Shown here piece by piece: positions 1-11,449 of a DNA stretch of 64,000 nt. How positions within the stretch are numbered: the first letter of the stretch is position 1; each line of letters opens with the position of its first letter. Location: positions 584,823 through 648,822 of the forward strand of contig OY970290.1 in assembly GCA_963716205.1 (NCBI GenBank). Direction: 5' to 3'. Below the pieces are notes generated by a model. That model saw nothing but the letters and a program-made list of their open reading frames with translations. It was not told the origin of the DNA and ran no database searches. A program made the translations under genes and the position numbers. This stretch comes from an uncultured bacterium (GTDB lineage Bacteria > Patescibacteriota > Minisyncoccia > Phycocordibacterales > GWA1-40-21).

Positions 1-467
1 ATTTCATCGACAACGCCATAATATTCTTTCGAACCGAATGTATCCACGGTGAATTTCGCAATATCGCCCACTTTTATATCCGCGAGTCCTTTGTCTTCAT
101 CAAGATGCCCGACAACGCGAAGCTGCGTCGGATCAATCATTGTGGCAACGGTCGCCTGGCCCGCAAGCGCATTTTCGTATTGGCCGATATTCTGATTCAC
201 GGAAACTATCAATCCGCTTACTTTCGCTTTGACGATCTGGTCTCCCACGCGGGCAATCGGTTCATCGGCGCTGACTGAATCGCCGTCTTGTACAAATACT
301 TGCTGAAGCACGTCTGAATTCTGCGAGGAAAGGCTGATGAGCGGCGCTTCAATGACAGATTGATCAATATAAACATATTGGGATGAAACATACAAATATA
401 CGACAAGCACCAATGCTAACAGTATGATTATTCCGATTAGCCACTTTTTCGTTTTTTTCTGTTCCAT
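1..467 (-). CDS. HlyD-family periplasmic adaptor (membrane fusion protein), N-terminal part; C-terminus lies beyond window start
   Basis: Minus-strand frame from ATG at 467 (MEQKKTKKWLIGIIILLALVLVVYLY..., one TM anchor, then a biotin-lipoyl-like segment ...DGDSVSADEPIARVGDQIVKAKVSGLIVSV...) stays open to position 1. It is absent from the ORF track because the window edge truncates it. It lies directly downstream of a second HlyD-like gene. Confidence 0.55.
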   Translation of the reverse strand, partial: MEQKKTKKWLIGIIILLALVLVVYLYVSSQYVYIDQSVIEAPLISLSSQNSDVLQQVFVQDGDSVSADEPIARVGDQIVKAKVSGLIVSVNQNIGQYENALAGQATVATMIDPTQLRVVGHLDEDKGLADIKVGDIAKFTVDTFGSKEYYGVVDE

Positions 468-472
468 AATTT

Positions 473-2023
473 TTAAAAATCAATTATTTTTTCGCCGGCA
501 TGCAATCCTGAAATGACTTCGACCATACCATCGTCTCCAAAAAGACCGAGAGTGATTTGTTGTCTAATATTTTTCCCGTTATTTTGAAGAAGAGCAAAAT
601 TATTGCCGTTATCGTCAAGAACGAGCTGTGATGGAATCTCCACGACATTATCATGCTCGGCAGAAATGATATCCACATCGCCGGTCATTCCGGCGCGAAT
701 CCTGCTGTCAGTATTCGTGAAATAAAGCGTGACATGATACGCGGGCGAACCGTTGAATGTCGTTTCCGAAGTATCGATTGCCGTTACTTTTGCTAAAAAC
801 TTTACACCGGCGCCATAGGCATCGAGCGTGACGGTCGAAGTGGCATTGCTCTCTATTTTCGGAACATCAGTCTCCGATGCATATGCGTCGACTTTTAATA
901 TTCCGTTATTGATGATCGAGAGAACGGGAGTGTTCGGTGAGACAACCATTCCCAATTGTGCCGTTACATTTCTTGCGATTCCGGAAAATGGCGCCACAAT
1001 GGTTGCATTATTTATTGCCAGTTGCGCATCAGCTATCTCGGCTTGCACCTGTGCAATCGCCGCTTCCTGGGCATCAATTGTTTCCGGCGTTGAACTCGCC
1101 TCTTCAAGCAGTAAATTTTTCTGATCTTTATTCAATGTTGCCGCAGAATTCTGCTGTCCGGTAATTCCACCGGTAAGGGTGGTGACGGCGACATTCACAT
1201 TTGTCCGCGCTGTCGAAATATTTGTAATCCAATTACTAATGGAAGAAATACTTGAAGGAGCGTCATTTAATAACGTGTTCGCATCTGAAAGCAATTGCGT
1301 CAACAAGCCCAAGTTCGTCTGTGCTTCCGTTTCTGCAGCGGATAAATTGCTGCTGGAACTGCTCAAACTTGCAACATCGCTCTGCCATGCGGCCAATTTC
1401 CCGAGAAAAGAAACGTATTCAGAAATAAATGTTTCTTGCAGCTGTGAATTCGATGTACTGAAAGTCAGTGACGGTATTATGCTTTGCGGAATATTTATGA
1501 ACTGATTGACTTTGTTATAAATGGCATCATTGGAAATTGTATACGCGCTTTGAATTGCATTCTCAACGCTTTCATTTGCCTGGGTCAATGCAGTTTGATC
1601 GCTTGTTACCTGCGCTTGGGTCACCGCAAGCTGTTCCGGTCGTGTTCCTTCTTCAAGCGAAGCAAGATTTGCAGTTTGTATAGCAAGCGCCGCTTCTTCT
1701 TGGCTCAATTGCGCTTGTTGCGTGGAATCATCCAAACTCGCAAGCGCTTGACCTGCAGTTACCGATTCGCCCTCTTGCACATAAACAACCGAAATTTTTC
1801 CCGATTCCTGAAAAGAAAGATCGACGCTGTTGCTTGAAGAGACTGTTCCGGGAATATCAATTGAAGCAGTGATATTTCCCCGCGAAACAACATATACGCC
1901 AAGCGCCGGCTCCCTATTTGAAAAAATATACCATGCCAAGCCGCATGCAATAAGAATAATGATTGTCCAAACAACAGACCGTATGTGGGTAAAGAAAAAC
2001 TGTTTCATAAAATTATTATACAA
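473..2023 (-). CDS. HlyD/MacA-like efflux adaptor subunit with long low-complexity coiled-coil insert
   Basis: 516 aa with an N-terminal TM segment and a biotin-lipoyl-like segment. It has a long Q/S/T/N/L-rich alpha-helical hairpin and a C-terminal beta-barrel (...IVAPFSGIARNVTAQLGMVVSPNTPVLSII...). It is in an operon with the ABC permease and ATPase. Confidence 0.65.
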   Translation of the reverse strand: MYNNFMKQFFFTHIRSVVWTIIILIACGLAWYIFSNREPALGVYVVSRGNITASIDIPGTVSSSNSVDLSFQESGKISVVYVQEGESVTAGQALASLDDSTQQAQLSQEEAALAIQTANLASLEEGTRPEQLAVTQAQVTSDQTALTQANESVENAIQSAYTISNDAIYNKVNQFINIPQSIIPSLTFSTSNSQLQETFISEYVSFLGKLAAWQSDVASLSSSSSNLSAAETEAQTNLGLLTQLLSDANTLLNDAPSSISSISNWITNISTARTNVNVAVTTLTGGITGQQNSAATLNKDQKNLLLEEASSTPETIDAQEAAIAQVQAEIADAQLAINNATIVAPFSGIARNVTAQLGMVVSPNTPVLSIINNGILKVDAYASETDVPKIESNATSTVTLDAYGAGVKFLAKVTAIDTSETTFNGSPAYHVTLYFTNTDSRIRAGMTGDVDIISAEHDNVVEIPSQLVLDDNGNNFALLQNNGKNIRQQITLGLFGDDGMVEVISGLHAGEKIIDF

Positions 2024-2054
2024 CGTAATTATTATATCCTATCTGGCATGTACT

Positions 2055-2804
2055 TCAAACTTGAATTTTTTCAAAACAATAACCGCCAATCCATAAAAAT
2101 ACAAATGCAATCACTACGAGAACTATTGCATCGGTTCCCAATCCCAAATCATGGTAGCCGATATCGGAAAGAAGGACACGCAGCCCGTCAATGCCGTAAG
2201 TGAGCGGATCAATGCGGGAAATAATGGAAAGCCAATCCGGCAATCCCTGAAGCGGAAACAGCGCTCCGGAAAGAAAGAAAAGCGGCATGATAATAAAATT
2301 GATAATGAGCGAAAAAGCCTGCATATCATCAAGGAATGAGGCAATCACGGTGCCGAAAGACGCAAAAATAAGCGAAATAAAAAACATGATCACTACTGCG
2401 GGAAAAACCCACAGCCAATTTACCGGCTGGAAGCCGAAGAGAACCGCTATGACAAATACTATGCTGCCTTGGATGGTGGCGACGGTCGCACCACCAAGCG
2501 TTCGGCCGAGCATAACATCAAGACGCGACATCGGGGCGACGAGCGTTTCTTTCAAAAATCCGAATTGACGATCCCAGATAACTTCCATGCCGGTAAAAAT
2601 TGCCGTAAATATAATGCTCATTCCGATGATGCCGGGAGCCAAATACGCAAGATAATTGCCTCCACCACCGCCAAATGATCCGCCGAAACCATAACCGAAC
2701 ATGAGCAGAAATACAATCGGCTGGGCAAGCGTTCCGATCAAGCGCGGCTTGGAACGCCAATATTTTTTTATTTGTCGGAGCCAAAGATAATAAATTTTTT
2801 TCAT
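2055..2804 (-). CDS. ABC-2 type transporter permease
   Basis: 249 aa polytopic membrane protein with a Gly-rich loop (GYGFGGSFGGGGGNY). It starts immediately downstream of the ABC ATPase gene. Confidence 0.7.
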   Translation of the reverse strand: MKKIYYLWLRQIKKYWRSKPRLIGTLAQPIVFLLMFGYGFGGSFGGGGGNYLAYLAPGIIGMSIIFTAIFTGMEVIWDRQFGFLKETLVAPMSRLDVMLGRTLGGATVATIQGSIVFVIAVLFGFQPVNWLWVFPAVVIMFFISLIFASFGTVIASFLDDMQAFSLIINFIIMPLFFLSGALFPLQGLPDWLSIISRIDPLTYGIDGLRVLLSDIGYHDLGLGTDAIVLVVIAFVFLWIGGYCFEKIQV

Positions 2805-2816
2805 GGCTATTGAATT

Positions 2817-3602
2817 TTATCTTCCGTGCATTCTCTGCATTGTCCTCATTTGATCAGTAGAGCTGGCTTCCTCATCACGAATAGTCTTGCCGGTAAGTGC
2901 AAGATACGCATCCTCGAGAAAAGTGGTATTTGTTCTTTTTTTGAGTTCATCCGAAGTGCCGACGGCAACTATTTTGCCGTGATCAATGATGACAATACGC
3001 GTTGCAATTCTGTCGGCTTCTTCCATTTGATGCGTAGTGAGAAAAATTGTCATTTTTTCAGTTTTATTGAGTTGTTGCAATCGATCCCACATCAGACTTC
3101 TGGTCTGGGCGTCAAGACCGATGGTCGGCTCGTCCAAAAATAATATTTTTGGATCGTGCAAAAGCCCCCGTGCAATTTCAAGCCTGCGTTTCATTCCTCC
3201 TGAAAATGATTTGACGACGCTGTCTCTGCGCTCCCACAAATCGACAAATTTTAGCAATTCTTCGCTCCGTGCCTTTCGTTCTGCATCGGGAACATCATAG
3301 AGAACTCCGTGCAAATCCATATTTTCCCATGCGGTGAGATCGTCATCAACGCTTGGATCTTGAAAAACGATTCCAAACGTCCGGCGCGCCTGTTCAGGCT
3401 GGCTCACCGGATCAATATTGTTCAATCGAATGGTCCCAGAATTTGGATGAAGAAGCGTTGTGAGCATTTTTACTGTCGTGGTTTTTCCCGCGCCGTTCGG
3501 ACCGAGAAAAGCGAATACTTCGCCGTCATTTACCGTGAACGAAATATTATCCACTGCTATGAGATCGCCGTATTTTTTCGTCAAATTACTTACTTCAATC
3601 AT
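2817..3602 (-). CDS. ABC transporter ATP-binding protein (DrrA-like)
   Basis: Walker A GPNGAGKTT, an ABC signature variant FSGGMKRRLEIARGLL, Walker B ILFLDEPTIGLD and an H-loop. Confidence 0.85.
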   Translation of the reverse strand: MIEVSNLTKKYGDLIAVDNISFTVNDGEVFAFLGPNGAGKTTTVKMLTTLLHPNSGTIRLNNIDPVSQPEQARRTFGIVFQDPSVDDDLTAWENMDLHGVLYDVPDAERKARSEELLKFVDLWERRDSVVKSFSGGMKRRLEIARGLLHDPKILFLDEPTIGLDAQTRSLMWDRLQQLNKTEKMTIFLTTHQMEEADRIATRIVIIDHGKIVAVGTSDELKKRTNTTFLEDAYLALTGKTIRDEEASSTDQMRTMQRMHGR

Positions 3603-3678
3603 GCATTTTATTCTATCATTTTTTTATAAAACAAAATATTGCCCTCTCGAGCAATATTTTGTTATTGACGTTACTTGT

Positions 3679-3748
3679 TGCGGAGGTCGGAATCGAACCG
3701 ACAATCTTCAGGTTATGAGCCTGACGAGCTACCGTTGCTCTACCCCGC
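3679..3748 (-). tRNA. tRNA-Met (anticodon CAT); elongator-type or Ile2-lysidine type cannot be distinguished
   Basis: Reverse complement gcggggtagagcaacggtagctcgtcaggCTCATAAcctgaagattgtcggTTCGATTccgacctccgca. The anticodon stem tcagg/cctga flanks loop CUCAUAA, and there is a T-loop TTCGATT. It lacks the initiator signatures (no C1:A72, and only two G-C pairs at the anticodon stem base). The acceptor pairing is imperfect by hand folding. Confidence 0.65.
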
Positions 3749-3789
3749 TATTCAGGTATATTACAACAAAAAATGAGAAAATGCAATAT

Positions 3790-4386
3790 TTATATAATCT
3801 CAAATTCTTTAAATACTTTTTGATATAAATTAATCACACGTTTCGCTTCTCTTTGATTAATCAGAAAATCTGATCCTTCATGAGCAATTGCATTTCGTAT
3901 TTTATGTGCTTCCCATGCTTCCTCAATGGTTGAAAAATCATCAGTATTAACGGCTTTTAATTTATCGCCGATGCTATCTCCCGGCAAATTGAGCGTATCA
4001 AGAAGTTCTGAAAGAATGATATCCGCTTCAATAATTGCAAGCTTCCATTTATTCGCATCATCTGAATCAATATGATCCTGAACAAGTTTCCATTTTGGAT
4101 TTTCCAATTCTCCCGGACCGGATACACTCTCCATCGCGCCATCTGTCGGAAGAATTTTTGCTATCGACTGTTCGCGCAATTTATTGAATCGTATCGCATA
4201 CAAAACGATGACGATAATCATCGCGATTGAAAAAAGAAAAGCGAAAATAGCGTATTTTGCAAAAAAATTGATGGCATAAAACTGCGCACTGCTGACAAAC
4301 TGCGCACTCGAACTGCCGAAAACAAGATCATGTAGACCTTGAATCAAAGTGACAAGATCAAAAGATTGGGGCGTTGCGGCGTTCAT
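3790..4386 (-). CDS. membrane-anchored hypothetical protein with C-terminal HEPN-like helical domain (Rx4H motif)
   Basis: 198 aa with one N-terminal TM helix (AIFAFLFSIAMIIVIVLYAI). The C-terminal helical region carries WEAHKIRNAIAHEG, an R-x4-H spacing like HEPN and DUF4145-type domains. Confidence 0.35.
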   Translation of the reverse strand: MNAATPQSFDLVTLIQGLHDLVFGSSSAQFVSSAQFYAINFFAKYAIFAFLFSIAMIIVIVLYAIRFNKLREQSIAKILPTDGAMESVSGPGELENPKWKLVQDHIDSDDANKWKLAIIEADIILSELLDTLNLPGDSIGDKLKAVNTDDFSTIEEAWEAHKIRNAIAHEGSDFLINQREAKRVINLYQKVFKEFEII

Positions 4387-4424
4387 ATCAATGTATTATA
4401 TCATCCAACTTTTATTTTGGATAA

Positions 4425-5873
4425 TTACGATTTTTCTCCCAAAAAACTTTTGCCGATTGCAAAAAGTGTGTCTTCATTGCGGTGATCCGCAATAAACTGG
4501 ATTCCAATTGGCAATTCTTTTCCATCGATATTTTTTACACCGGACGGTACGGATATGGCCGGTACACCAGCAAGGTTAACTGGCACCGTAAAAATATCTT
4601 CAAGATACATCGCAAGCGGATCGGAAATTTTTTCACCAATTTTGAACGCGACATTCGGTGCGGTTGGTGTGGCGATGATATCGACGTTTTCAAAAGCAGC
4701 TTTATAATCATTTTTGATAATTTCACGAACAATATTTGCTTTGTTATAATATGCGTCATAATATCCGGACGAAAGCACATATGTGCCGATGATAATTCTT
4801 CGCTTCACTTCCCTGCCAAGTCCCGCTTCACGTGAAAGAAAATAATCCTCGATACCGTTTGCACCCGAAACTCTTTTGCCATATCGCATACCATCAAATC
4901 GCGCCATATTAGAAGAAACTTCCGCCGGAACGATAACATAATAGACTGCGAGAGAATATTTCAAGTTTGGAAGTTTGATATCAATAATATTGTGACCGAG
5001 TGATTTCAATTTTTTCAAAGATTCTTCGAAATTCGCGATGACATCTTTATCGATACCACCCATATTCAAGAAATCTCGTGGTACTCCAATTGTGAATTTT
5101 TTGTTAGCAGGAATTTTTTCCATTTTTTTATCAGGAAGCGAGGTACTATCCATTATGTCTTGCCCTTTGATTGCATTAAAAAGAATTTCTGCATCTTCCA
5201 CCGTCTTTCCAAATGAACCAATCTGATCAAGCGATGATCCCATGGCCATTACACCATATCGCGAGACCGCACCATATGTCGGCTTGAGTCCGACAATTCC
5301 GCAAAAAGAGGCTGGTTGACGAATCGATCCACCGGTATCGGAACCAAGCGCAACCAAAGCGGTATTCGAAGCAACAGCCGCAGCTGAACCACCAGATGAT
5401 CCACCAGAAACTCTTTTCAAATCATGTGGATTTTTTGTTACGCCAAACGCTGAATTTTCCGTCGAGCCGCCCATGGCAAATTCGTCCATGTTGGTGCGGC
5501 CAATGAGAATAGCGCCATGTTCTCGCTGCAATTTCTCAATGACCGTCGCATCATACGTCGCTTTATAATTCTCCAGAATTTTTGACGCTGAAGAAGCAAT
5601 CTGTCCTTTGACCAAAATATTGTCTTTCACCGCAACTGGAATGCCCGCAAGCAACGGGAAATCTTTTTTCGCTTTGCGCGCTTCCGCAATCGCAATATCC
5701 GCAAACTTTGCCTGCACGAGTGCATTACTATAGATTTCGAGATACGCGTGAATATCTTTGTCTTTCTTTTTTATTTCATCGAGATACGCTTGCACGAGTT
5801 CCACCGCAGAATATTCACCTTTTTTCAAAGCTTCATGTGCTTTTTGAATTGTCAGATTTTTCAAGTCAATCAT
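4425..5873 (-). CDS. gatA: Glu-tRNA(Gln)/Asp-tRNA(Asn) amidotransferase subunit A
   Basis: 482 aa with the amidase signature GGSSGGSAAAVA and catalytic Ser-cisSer-Lys context. There is a 4-nt overlap with upstream gatC. Confidence 0.9.
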   Translation of the reverse strand: MIDLKNLTIQKAHEALKKGEYSAVELVQAYLDEIKKKDKDIHAYLEIYSNALVQAKFADIAIAEARKAKKDFPLLAGIPVAVKDNILVKGQIASSASKILENYKATYDATVIEKLQREHGAILIGRTNMDEFAMGGSTENSAFGVTKNPHDLKRVSGGSSGGSAAAVASNTALVALGSDTGGSIRQPASFCGIVGLKPTYGAVSRYGVMAMGSSLDQIGSFGKTVEDAEILFNAIKGQDIMDSTSLPDKKMEKIPANKKFTIGVPRDFLNMGGIDKDVIANFEESLKKLKSLGHNIIDIKLPNLKYSLAVYYVIVPAEVSSNMARFDGMRYGKRVSGANGIEDYFLSREAGLGREVKRRIIIGTYVLSSGYYDAYYNKANIVREIIKNDYKAAFENVDIIATPTAPNVAFKIGEKISDPLAMYLEDIFTVPVNLAGVPAISVPSGVKNIDGKELPIGIQFIADHRNEDTLFAIGKSFLGEKS

Positions 5874-6157
5874 GAGAGTATTTTCTTCACTTTCAAATAA
5901 TTTTTGTCTTTTTCAGGAAATTCAGCGACGATCGCTTCGGTGTATGTTTCGCTTGCCGTCACTGGTCCATCCATTCGTGTAACGTTTTTGTGCTCGCCTG
6001 CGACTTTCTCTTCGCCGACAACTGATGTGACTTCTTTTAATTGTGCCACATAGCCCAAAATCGGCTCTATTTCTTTCAAGAGACTTTTCTTTTCCACATC
6101 GCTCAATTCAATGCGCGCAAGTTTCGCCAAATGTTCAATATCCTTGATTTCAAGCAT
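5870..6157 (-). CDS. gatC: Glu-tRNA(Gln) amidotransferase subunit C
   Basis: 95 aa, MLEIKDIEHLAKLARIELSDVEKKSL..., typical GatC. It is translationally coupled to gatA. Confidence 0.8.
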   Translation of the reverse strand: MLEIKDIEHLAKLARIELSDVEKKSLLKEIEPILGYVAQLKEVTSVVGEEKVAGEHKNVTRMDGPVTASETYTEAIVAEFPEKDKNYLKVKKILS

Positions 6158-6201
6158 GGAAAAAATATAGCATTTTTCGCCTATTTATTCCACTTTGATT
6201 A

Positions 6202-7245
6202 TTAATGAAAAAAGAATGCGACCGCAATGATCAGATACGCCATCATCAGCTGAACTCCTTCAAGCCAGTTGCTTTCTCCATCTTCGATCACGGCATTCAC
6301 AATGAATACCGAGAAAATAATCGCGGCAATCTCAAGCGTGGTAAAAACAAAACTCATCCGTGTTTGAAAAAATAAACTGATAAAAACAAGAAGTGGTGCG
6401 ACGAGCATTGCCACTTGCGTCGCCGAACCGATCGAAACTTGAAGCGCCAAATCCATTTTGTCTTTGATCGCCATGGTAATCGCCGAAGTATGCTCCGCCG
6501 CGTTTCCGATGATTGCAACAAACACAACGCCGATGAAAAGCTCGCTCCAGCCGAGATATGCGACGAGCGGCTGTATCGAGCCGACCAAAATTTCACTCAT
6601 GAAAGCGACGAGAACGGTCGAGAGAAGTAAAATCGTAACGCTTTTTGCGATGCTCCATTTTGCCTCGATTTTGCCAACTTCTTCAGCATACAAATGCTTG
6701 TGCGTGTGAAGCGAGAAAAATAAACTTGACAGATAGGTGATGATAAGCGCAGCGGAGACAAAAATACTCAAGGTGAAAACGGTTGGGGAAGATGCTGAAG
6801 TCGATGTCATAAAAATCGCCGGAATGACAAGTGCGATGACGGCAACGAGAAGCGTCGAGCCGCTCGCTTTTGCGGCGGTTGCATTAAACGTCTGTTTTTT
6901 TCTTTTCAGTCCGCCGAAAAATATCGCCGTTCCAAGGACCAAAAGAAGATTTCCCAAAATGGAACCGGTGATTGATGCTTTGACCACTTCAACAAGCCCA
7001 GCGCGCAGTGCAAAAATACCGATAATCAATTCTGTCGCATTACCGAATGTTGCGTTTAAAAGCCCACCAAGTGCAGGACCGGTATAGACGGATAATTCCT
7101 CCGTCGCCTCGCCGATGTATTTTGCAAGTGGTATAATTGCGAGAGCGGAAACGACAAACGATGTGGTCGGCGATGCGTGATAAAAATAGGCAAAGCACGC
7201 AATCGGCACAAAAAGAAGCAGTGCCTTGAAGAATTTGTCGAGCAT
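6202..7245 (-). CDS. Ca2+/cation:H+ antiporter (CaCA family)
   Basis: 347 aa with about 10 TM segments and two alpha-repeat signatures, GNATELIIG and GNAAEH. Confidence 0.8.
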   Translation of the reverse strand: MLDKFFKALLLFVPIACFAYFYHASPTTSFVVSALAIIPLAKYIGEATEELSVYTGPALGGLLNATFGNATELIIGIFALRAGLVEVVKASITGSILGNLLLVLGTAIFFGGLKRKKQTFNATAAKASGSTLLVAVIALVIPAIFMTSTSASSPTVFTLSIFVSAALIITYLSSLFFSLHTHKHLYAEEVGKIEAKWSIAKSVTILLLSTVLVAFMSEILVGSIQPLVAYLGWSELFIGVVFVAIIGNAAEHTSAITMAIKDKMDLALQVSIGSATQVAMLVAPLLVFISLFFQTRMSFVFTTLEIAAIIFSVFIVNAVIEDGESNWLEGVQLMMAYLIIAVAFFFH

Positions 7246-7288
7246 GAAAATAGATTTATTTATTAGTAATTAACATAAAAAGTATATC

Positions 7289-7579
7289 ATGGATAATATG
7301 AAAATGTATAGCGGCGCATACGGCAATGCCGGCGGCGTGCATACGATGAAGCCAATGTACGAAGTTCGCGGAGATTCGGTTTATCGGACAGTATATAATC
7401 CTGCCGGGCACAGTGCTTTGCCTGATTTCAAAATCCGCGACGGTCAAATGTATACGACTGCGTATCATCCGGCCGGAGCTTCCGCAACACCATGGTTCTC
7501 GATCAAAGGCAATGAAATTCACAACACTTCATATCACCCGGAAGGGATCAAAGCTTTACCAAGTTTTCATTTGAGATAG
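7289..7579 (+). CDS. small protein made of three about 23-aa tandem repeats (Y-x-T-x-Y-[NH]-P-[AE]-G-x-x-A-x-P-x-F)
   Basis: 96 aa. The repeats are VYRTVYNPAGHSALPDFKIRDGQ, MYTTAYHPAGASATPWFSIKGNE and IHNTSYHPEGIKALPSFHLR. No recognisable family. Confidence 0.4.
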   Translation: MDNMKMYSGAYGNAGGVHTMKPMYEVRGDSVYRTVYNPAGHSALPDFKIRDGQMYTTAYHPAGASATPWFSIKGNEIHNTSYHPEGIKALPSFHLR

Positions 7580-7614
7580 TAAAAATCCCTGAGTTTATCT
7601 CGGAGATTTTTATT

Positions 7615-8373
7615 TTATTTTCCTTTTGCCGCAAGTTCAGCAGCATCTTTTTCTTCCACAATTCTGAATGTGTCTTCGACGGAAGACATGCCTGCATCAT
7701 CACCAAAGAGTGTCAAACTATCAAGCTGTCTCAATAAAATGATTGAGATGAATACGGCGGTGCCAAAAAATATTTTCAATATGCTAACGAGCAAAAATGG
7801 TGCCGGAACAAAATCAAATGAAATGACTAGAAGTGTGCCAAGAATATACGTAATCGCCCATTGAAACGGCACGAGTTTCTCTCCATACAAATTCAGTATT
7901 TTTTTGCGTGAAAGCTGGAGATCTGAAATAACCTCGAATAAAAACTGCCAGGCGCTGCCGGCCGCCGGAGTACTGCCGGCTTCTTCTTCGGTAATGGAAC
8001 CGAGAGTTTCAGTCATTTTTGTAATGGTGTTTGATGGATGGGTCACATGATATGCCGGATCATGGTTTTCCTTTATCTTCGTATAATGATCACTGACAAT
8101 CTTTTTTACTTCTTTTTGTATGCGGGGAACCAAACCCGTTACGCGATATAAATAGGAATAATAACCGTCGGTCGTGGTCAATTGATCATTGATAGCCGAA
8201 TACCGGTCATTCTGCCGGGTAATAAAAAATCCGATGAAGAGCGTAAAGAAAAATGTCGTGCCGACAATAATGTCAGAATAATCAGTAACCGTAAAACTCG
8301 CTTTGAAAACAAAAATAGCATAGAGAATGATAAAAATGAACGTTGCAATATAATTCTTAGTGCTTGATTTCAT
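7615..8373 (-). CDS. hypothetical membrane protein (2 N-terminal and 2 C-terminal TM helices; DUF4239-like topology)
   Basis: 252 aa ORF with hydrophobic helices at both ends, followed by a terminator hairpin. Confidence 0.45.
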   Translation of the reverse strand: MKSSTKNYIATFIFIILYAIFVFKASFTVTDYSDIIVGTTFFFTLFIGFFITRQNDRYSAINDQLTTTDGYYSYLYRVTGLVPRIQKEVKKIVSDHYTKIKENHDPAYHVTHPSNTITKMTETLGSITEEEAGSTPAAGSAWQFLFEVISDLQLSRKKILNLYGEKLVPFQWAITYILGTLLVISFDFVPAPFLLVSILKIFFGTAVFISIILLRQLDSLTLFGDDAGMSSVEDTFRIVEEKDAAELAAKGK

Positions 8374-8477
8374 GAAAATCTATTTATTGATAATGAAACT
8401 ATTATACTATATTAAAATAAAAAAACCCTACGCCGAAGCATAGGGTTGGAGTTGACGCACATCTCCCAAGCGTTTAG

Positions 8478-8930
8478 TCATTGTGGAACGAAAAACCGCG
8501 GTTCACTCCCCAAAAAAGGAGTATCAAGCACTCGCGATGATAATTTAATAGGATACGCTTTCCAGTGACCGTCATCATGCAGATAGATGCCGATGATGAG
8601 AAACTTCCCATTTTCCTTGAACAAAAGGAAGTTTCCGTTCATGACGCCGATATGCAGAAAATCCTTATAATCGTTATAAAATTGGATAATCTGCTGCGCT
8701 GTATCCTCCCTGTCTTGAGAAACGAAACAGAGCTGATCTAGTTTTTCGTCAAAGGCGTTGATGATCTGCTTGCCGGTGACATTATTGTTCGCAAGATCGA
8801 ACACGACAATTCGCTGACTGTCCCATCTGGTTTGGATGACTACTTTTAGATACGGATTGGAAACGGCCAGCACTTGCTGAACTCCTACTACCAAAAACAA
8901 AAACAGGAAACAACCAATCAATCTTTTCAT
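8478..8930 (-). CDS. hypothetical secreted protein
   Basis: Start placed at MKRLIGCFLFLFLVVGVQQVLA, a signal peptide. A Rho-independent terminator hairpin lies at about 8430-8460 on the minus strand. Confidence 0.4.
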   Translation of the reverse strand: MKRLIGCFLFLFLVVGVQQVLAVSNPYLKVVIQTRWDSQRIVVFDLANNNVTGKQIINAFDEKLDQLCFVSQDREDTAQQIIQFYNDYKDFLHIGVMNGNFLLFKENGKFLIIGIYLHDDGHWKAYPIKLSSRVLDTPFLGSEPRFFVPQ

Positions 8931-9421
8931 GATTTCCTCCAATTTTTTAAGGTGCTTCGGTATTATATTATCATGATAAAATATATATGTCAATATATTA
9001 AAAGTGCCTTATTTCAAGGCCATTTTTGCCAATTTTTATTTTCGCTTGACGTATCTTTTGGGAAGAATATAATATAAGTGTAAATTATGAATCATTTCAT
9101 TTTTTACAAGTTCTTCACATAGCGTATCTTTTTTCAAGAAAGTCACGCGAATGGTTGGTCTGTCAGCCAACGTAGTTCTTTCGGGACATTGTATAAATTC
9201 ATTTATACAGCTTCCCAGTGTTGGTGCAATTTACAAACGCCTTCGGCTACCACACTTCAAAATATTGCTTTGTTCTTTCTCAGACATCATTATATCATCA
9301 TATTCCTTTCCCCTTTTCATTCTTCTTCCTTTCTTTCATTTCCTTTTCTACTTCTTCCTTCTTTTGATGATTCTCTTGTCGCCCTGATACCATCGGTATC
9401 AGGTTTTTTATTTTTAAAAAA

Positions 9422-11449
<2,028 letters not shown>

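Noticed and set aside
3679-3748. Initiator tRNA-fMet assignment for the CAT tRNA
   Set aside because: There is no C1:A72 mismatch, and the anticodon-stem base pairs are A-U, G-C, G-C rather than three G-C. Elongator Met or Ile2 is more likely.
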